NCBI GenBank assembly: GCA_963761535.1 | Contig: CAVXGS010000002.1 | Coordinates: 1,189,852-1,253,851 of the forward strand | Direction: 5' to 3' | Source of the DNA: an uncultured Coriobacteriales bacterium | GTDB lineage: Bacteria > Actinomycetota > Coriobacteriia > Anaerosomatales > CAVXGS01 | Length of the DNA stretch: 64,000 nt | In this document: piece after piece, positions 60,860 through 64,000 of the stretch | How the letters are laid out: each line of letters begins with the position of its first letter | Numbering within the stretch: position 1 is the first letter of the stretch | The notes under the pieces: generated by a model | The model's input: the letters and a program-made list of their open reading frames with translations, nothing else | Told to the model about the DNA's origin: nothing | Database searches by the model: none | Translations under genes and position numbers: made by a program

Positions 60860-62166
60860 GCGTCGTCATCTGCGCCGTGAGCGAGCTCCGAGACGACCCG
60901 ATCTGCCTCGTCGCGGTCCGCGACCACCCGGGCACCCGCACCGACCGCCTGCTCCCACAGCCGTTCGGCCTCGCCGCCGGTGAAGTCGCGGTCCGCGATC
61001 GACCCGATCAGCACGCCGGACACACCACCTTCGACAGCCGACACGGCGGCGCGGAGGTTCTCGACGTTGCCGTGGCCGAACGGCACGTCGGTCACTACCA
61101 CGACGTCTGCAGCAGCCGCGAGCCGAGCGGCTTCGTCTGCCGCTGCCGCGTCCATTGGGCCGAACGGGGGAATCGCCGGGAACTCGACGTCGAGCGCGGT
61201 GGCCACTGCCTCGTCGGCGTCGCCCGCGTTCAGCGCGCCCGAGCTCACCTGCCACCCCGCGAGCACGAGGCGACGCAGCAGGGGCGCGGCGGCTCCCGAG
61301 CCCCCGACGACGAATGCGCGTCCGCGCTCCCCCGACTCGACCGCCTCGTCGCGCAGCACCGGCACGACGTTGACCGCGCCGGTAACCGGGTCGAGCCCGA
61401 CCACCGCGCGCACGCCGAACACTCGCCTGACCGTCTCGGCGGTGAGGACAGCCTCGGGCTTCTCGGCGGGGCTGATACCGCCCTCCGAGACCACCGCGAT
61501 GCGATCGGCGTAACGCGCGGCGAGATCGAGGTCGTGGAAGACCACGAGTACCGCGAGCCCGACGCGGGCGAGGTCGCGCACGAGGTCGAGCACCTGGAGG
61601 CGATGGTTCAGGTCGAGATGGCTCGTGGGCTCGTCGAGCAGCAGCACGCTCGGTTCCTGGGCAAGCGCCTGCGCGAGCGCCACCCGCTGCATGTCGCCGC
61701 CGGACAGCTCCTCCGCGTGGATGTCGGCGAGGCGGGCGGTGTCGGTCATCGCCATCGCGCGGCCGACGACCGCCGCGTCGGTGGGTCCCGGCTGGCCGAA
61801 CCGCGGCAGGTGCGCGTGACGGCCCATCATCACCACGTCGCGTGCCGAGAAACCCGGCGCCGGCACGAGCGCCTGCGGAACCACCCCCACCAGCCGCGCA
61901 CGCTCGACGTGGGCGAGCGCGCTGATGGCGTGACCGCCAATCTCGATGGCGCCGCCGAGAAGCTCCGCATCAGTGGTGACCGCACGCAGGAGCGTCGACT
62001 TGCCGGCGCCGTTGGGGCCCACGAGGCCCACGATCTCGCCGGCATCGACGTCCAGCGAGGCGTCGCTGACGACCGCTCGGTCGCGGTATCCCACCGTCGC
62101 GTGGAGAAATCGCAGTGGTGCGGGCGCGGCGACGGGCGTGGTCGCGTCGGTCTCGGCGGGCGTCAT
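60856..62166 (-). CDS. FecE/BtuD-type ABC transporter ATP-binding protein with an extra ~180-aa C-terminal domain of unknown function
   Basis: GPNGAGKSTLLR, LSGGDMQRVALAQAL and LLLDEPTSHLD in the first ~255 aa. An alpha/beta-looking extension follows (RAFVVGGSGAAAPLLRRLVLAGWQVS...DVVVVTDVPFGHGNVENL...GVLIGS). ATG 62166 overlaps the permease stop (ATGA). Confidence 0.8.
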   Translation of the reverse strand: MTPAETDATTPVAAPAPLRFLHATVGYRDRAVVSDASLDVDAGEIVGLVGPNGAGKSTLLRAVTTDAELLGGAIEIGGHAISALAHVERARLVGVVPQALVPAPGFSARDVVMMGRHAHLPRFGQPGPTDAAVVGRAMAMTDTARLADIHAEELSGGDMQRVALAQALAQEPSVLLLDEPTSHLDLNHRLQVLDLVRDLARVGLAVLVVFHDLDLAARYADRIAVVSEGGISPAEKPEAVLTAETVRRVFGVRAVVGLDPVTGAVNVVPVLRDEAVESGERGRAFVVGGSGAAAPLLRRLVLAGWQVSSGALNAGDADEAVATALDVEFPAIPPFGPMDAAAADEAARLAAAADVVVVTDVPFGHGNVENLRAAVSAVEGGVSGVLIGSIADRDFTGGEAERLWEQAVGAGARVVADRDEADRVVSELAHGADDDA

Positions 62167-63159
62167 CGCCGCCCCTTCACGAGCAGCCACACGAAGAAGG
62201 GTCCGCCCAGGACCGCGGTGACGATCCCGACCGGTATCTCGGCGGGGGCGAGAACGGTGCGCGCGACAAGGTCGGCGAGCACGAGCACGATACCGCCGGC
62301 CAGCAGCGACGCGGGCAGAAGCACCCGGTGATCGGGCCCCAGGACGAGCCGCACCATGTGGGGCACCATCAGCCCGACGAAGCCGATGAGCCCCGCCACG
62401 GCCACAGCGGCGGCGGTCAGCAGGGAGCCGACCGCGAGCGCGAACAGCTTGAATCGCTCGACGGGCACGCCGAGCTGGCCCGCCCGCTCGTCGCCCAGTA
62501 GCATCAGGTTCAGCTCGCGACTGAACGCGAACGGCAACGCCGCGCCCACCACGAACATCGGCGCGATCATCGCCACGTACCCCCACGTCGCGCCGGTCAG
62601 CCCGCCCATCGTCCAGTACACGACCGTGGTGAGCGACTCGCGCACCGACAGCATCACGAACGACATCAGCGCCGCGAACGTGTAGGAGACCGCGACGCCG
62701 GCGAGCAGCAGCGAGGTCGTGTCGAGCCGGCCCCCCACCGAGGCAAGCCGCACCACGAGCAGCATCGTGAGCAGCGCGCCGAAGAACGCGGCGACGGGCA
62801 CCAGGCCGTAGCGCAGACTCGTGGCGTGCACCGTGGCGGCCAATACGAGCACCGTGGCCAGTCCGGCTCCGCTCGACACGCCGAGGATGTAGGGGTCGGC
62901 GAGCGGGTTGCGGAAGAGCGCCTGGTACAGCACGCCTGCGCCGGCGAGGGACGCGCCCACGAGTGCGGCGAGCACGACCCTCGGCAGGCGAAGTCCGAGC
63001 ACCAGCGTGGTCACGAGCGGTTCGGACCCCGGCGCGCGCGACGGCGCCCAGCAGGTCCGCGAGCGGAATGCGCACCGCGCCCAGCAGTACGCTGGCCACC
63101 ACCGACACCGCGAGCGCGGCGCCGAGGGTGATCAGCACGACTGCCGGGCGGTGTCGCAT
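62163..63159 (-). pseudogene. FecCD/BtuC-family ABC permease with one frame break at a homopolymer
   Basis: N-terminus MRHRPAVVLITLGAALAVSVVASVLLGAVRIPLADLLGAVARAG is in the frame of ORF 60856..63159. The remainder (SEPLVTTLVLGLRLPRVVLAALVGASLAGAGVLYQALFRNPLADPYILGVSSGA...) is in ORF 62163..63014. Removing one base of the CCCC run at 63027-63030 joins them. Length 997 nt (3n+1). Confidence 0.8.
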
Positions 63160-63160
63160 G

Positions 63161-64000
63161 CTACTGCGCTGCCTCGGGGAACTGCAGCTGTGGGTGCAGC
63201 ACCTTCGCGACCGCGAGCAGCCCCTCGGTGATGCGAGGTCCCGGCCGGGTCACGAGGTTCTCGTCCAGCACGTAGACGCGGTTCTCCTTGGCGGCCCGCA
63301 GCGAGGCGAGCTGCCCCTTCTTGATGTTCTTGGGATCGCCCATCGAGCCGAGCGTCGCGAGGTACACATCGGGGTCGTCCTTGAGCACCTGCTCGTTCGA
63401 GTACGCCACGTAGCCGGGCTTGGTCACGATGTTCGTGCCGCCTGCACGCGTCACCAGATCGTCGAGCAGCGTGCCGGTCCCCACGGCGTACAGCGGGTTC
63501 TGGCCGATCTCCAGAAACACCTTCACCGGCCTGTTGTCCGAGCGAGCCGCGAGCGCACCCTCGACCGCCTGGATCTGACCGCGCATTTTCGCCGTCAGCT
63601 CCTTGGCCTCGGCTTTCGTCCCGGTCGCCGCGCCCACCTTCTCGATATCGCCGAGCACCCCGTCGATCGTGGCCGGATCGATCGCGACGACCGGCGCGCC
63701 CAGCGCCTCGAGCTTGGCCAGCACGTCGCCCTGGACCCCGGTAGTCACGAGAATGAGGTCGGGTTTCGCGGCGGCGATCGCCTCGACGTTCGGGTTCATG
63801 AAGTCACCGACCTTGGGCAGCGACTTCACGCTCGGCGGGTAGTCGCAGTAGGTGGTGACTCCGGCGAGCTTCTTCTCGAGCCCGAGGGCCGCGACGATCT
63901 CAGTGTTCGCCGGAGCGAGCGAGACGATCCGTTCGGGCCGAGTATTCACCGTGACGGTGCGCTTCGTGTCGTCGGTGATGGTCACCGGGAAGTTGTGCGC
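63161..64000 (-). CDS. periplasmic-binding-protein type 8 (BtuF/FhuD-like) substrate-binding protein, partial (5' end beyond window)
   Basis: RIVSLAPANTEIVAALGL...VTTYCDYP...KPDLILV...VYVLDENLVTRPGPRI. The frame stays open to the window edge (…AHNFPVTITDD), so the N-terminus is missing. Confidence 0.75.
   Translation of the reverse strand, partial: AHNFPVTITDDTKRTVTVNTRPERIVSLAPANTEIVAALGLEKKLAGVTTYCDYPPSVKSLPKVGDFMNPNVEAIAAAKPDLILVTTGVQGDVLAKLEALGAPVVAIDPATIDGVLGDIEKVGAATGTKAEAKELTAKMRGQIQAVEGALAARSDNRPVKVFLEIGQNPLYAVGTGTLLDDLVTRAGGTNIVTKPGYVAYSNEQVLKDDPDVYLATLGSMGDPKNIKKGQLASLRAAKENRVYVLDENLVTRPGPRITEGLLAVAKVLHPQLQFPEAAQ

Noticed and set aside
60856-63159. 767-aa ORF spanning the ABC ATPase and permease region
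   Set aside because: It is a chimera. Only its first ~44 aa (permease N-terminus) and its last 436 aa (ATPase) are real coding sequence in that frame. The middle is the permease gene read out of frame.

Overview
High-GC (about two thirds G+C by eye), gene-dense chromosomal segment with roughly 58 protein-coding genes. Most are on the minus strand and many are joined by 1-4 nt start/stop overlaps (GTGA/ATGA). I recognised no rRNA, tRNA, CRISPR array, transposase or integrase.

Contents, left to right:
- DedA (partial), then a panB-panC-nadA-nadB-nadC operon.
- A FolK fusion protein, membrane pyrophosphatase HppA and a PASTA lipoprotein.
- folP, cca and folE.
- A 1114-aa secreted NHL-repeat protein directly downstream of a monoderm-type Tad/Flp pilus locus (flp-tadE-tadG-cpaB-tadZ-tadA-VWA::tadB-tadC).
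- An ICMT-like methyltransferase with a GAF histidine kinase and NarL-type regulator.
- ftsH-hpt-tilS.
- An OpuC-type osmoprotectant ABC transporter.
- Futalosine-pathway genes mqnE and mqnA-mqnC, separated by a four-gene group-3b-like NiFe hydrogenase (hyhBGSL order).
- nhaA and ku-ligD.
- An MTAP-family/amidohydrolase/GNAT operon.
- livFGMH plus a binding protein.
- A ferredoxin:thioredoxin-reductase-like::Rieske fusion coupled to a CPYC redoxin.
- An MBL hydrolase and a FecCD/BtuCDF-type ABC importer.

The gene content (Tad without secretin, lipoboxes, Ku/LigD, futalosine route) suggests a monoderm Actinomycetota-like organism, possibly anaerobic. That is inference only.

Two cross-cutting points:
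1. About ten +/-1 frame breaks interrupt otherwise conserved genes: nadC x3, panC, ftsH x2, the MTAP-like gene, the FecCD permease, and a small ORF x2. Several sit at G/C homopolymers, which looks more like consensus indel error than biology.
2. The most novel-looking module is the FTR-like::Rieske + redoxin pair. Next are the VWA::TadB / NHL-protein Tad locus and the MTAP/amidohydrolase pair near the mqn genes.
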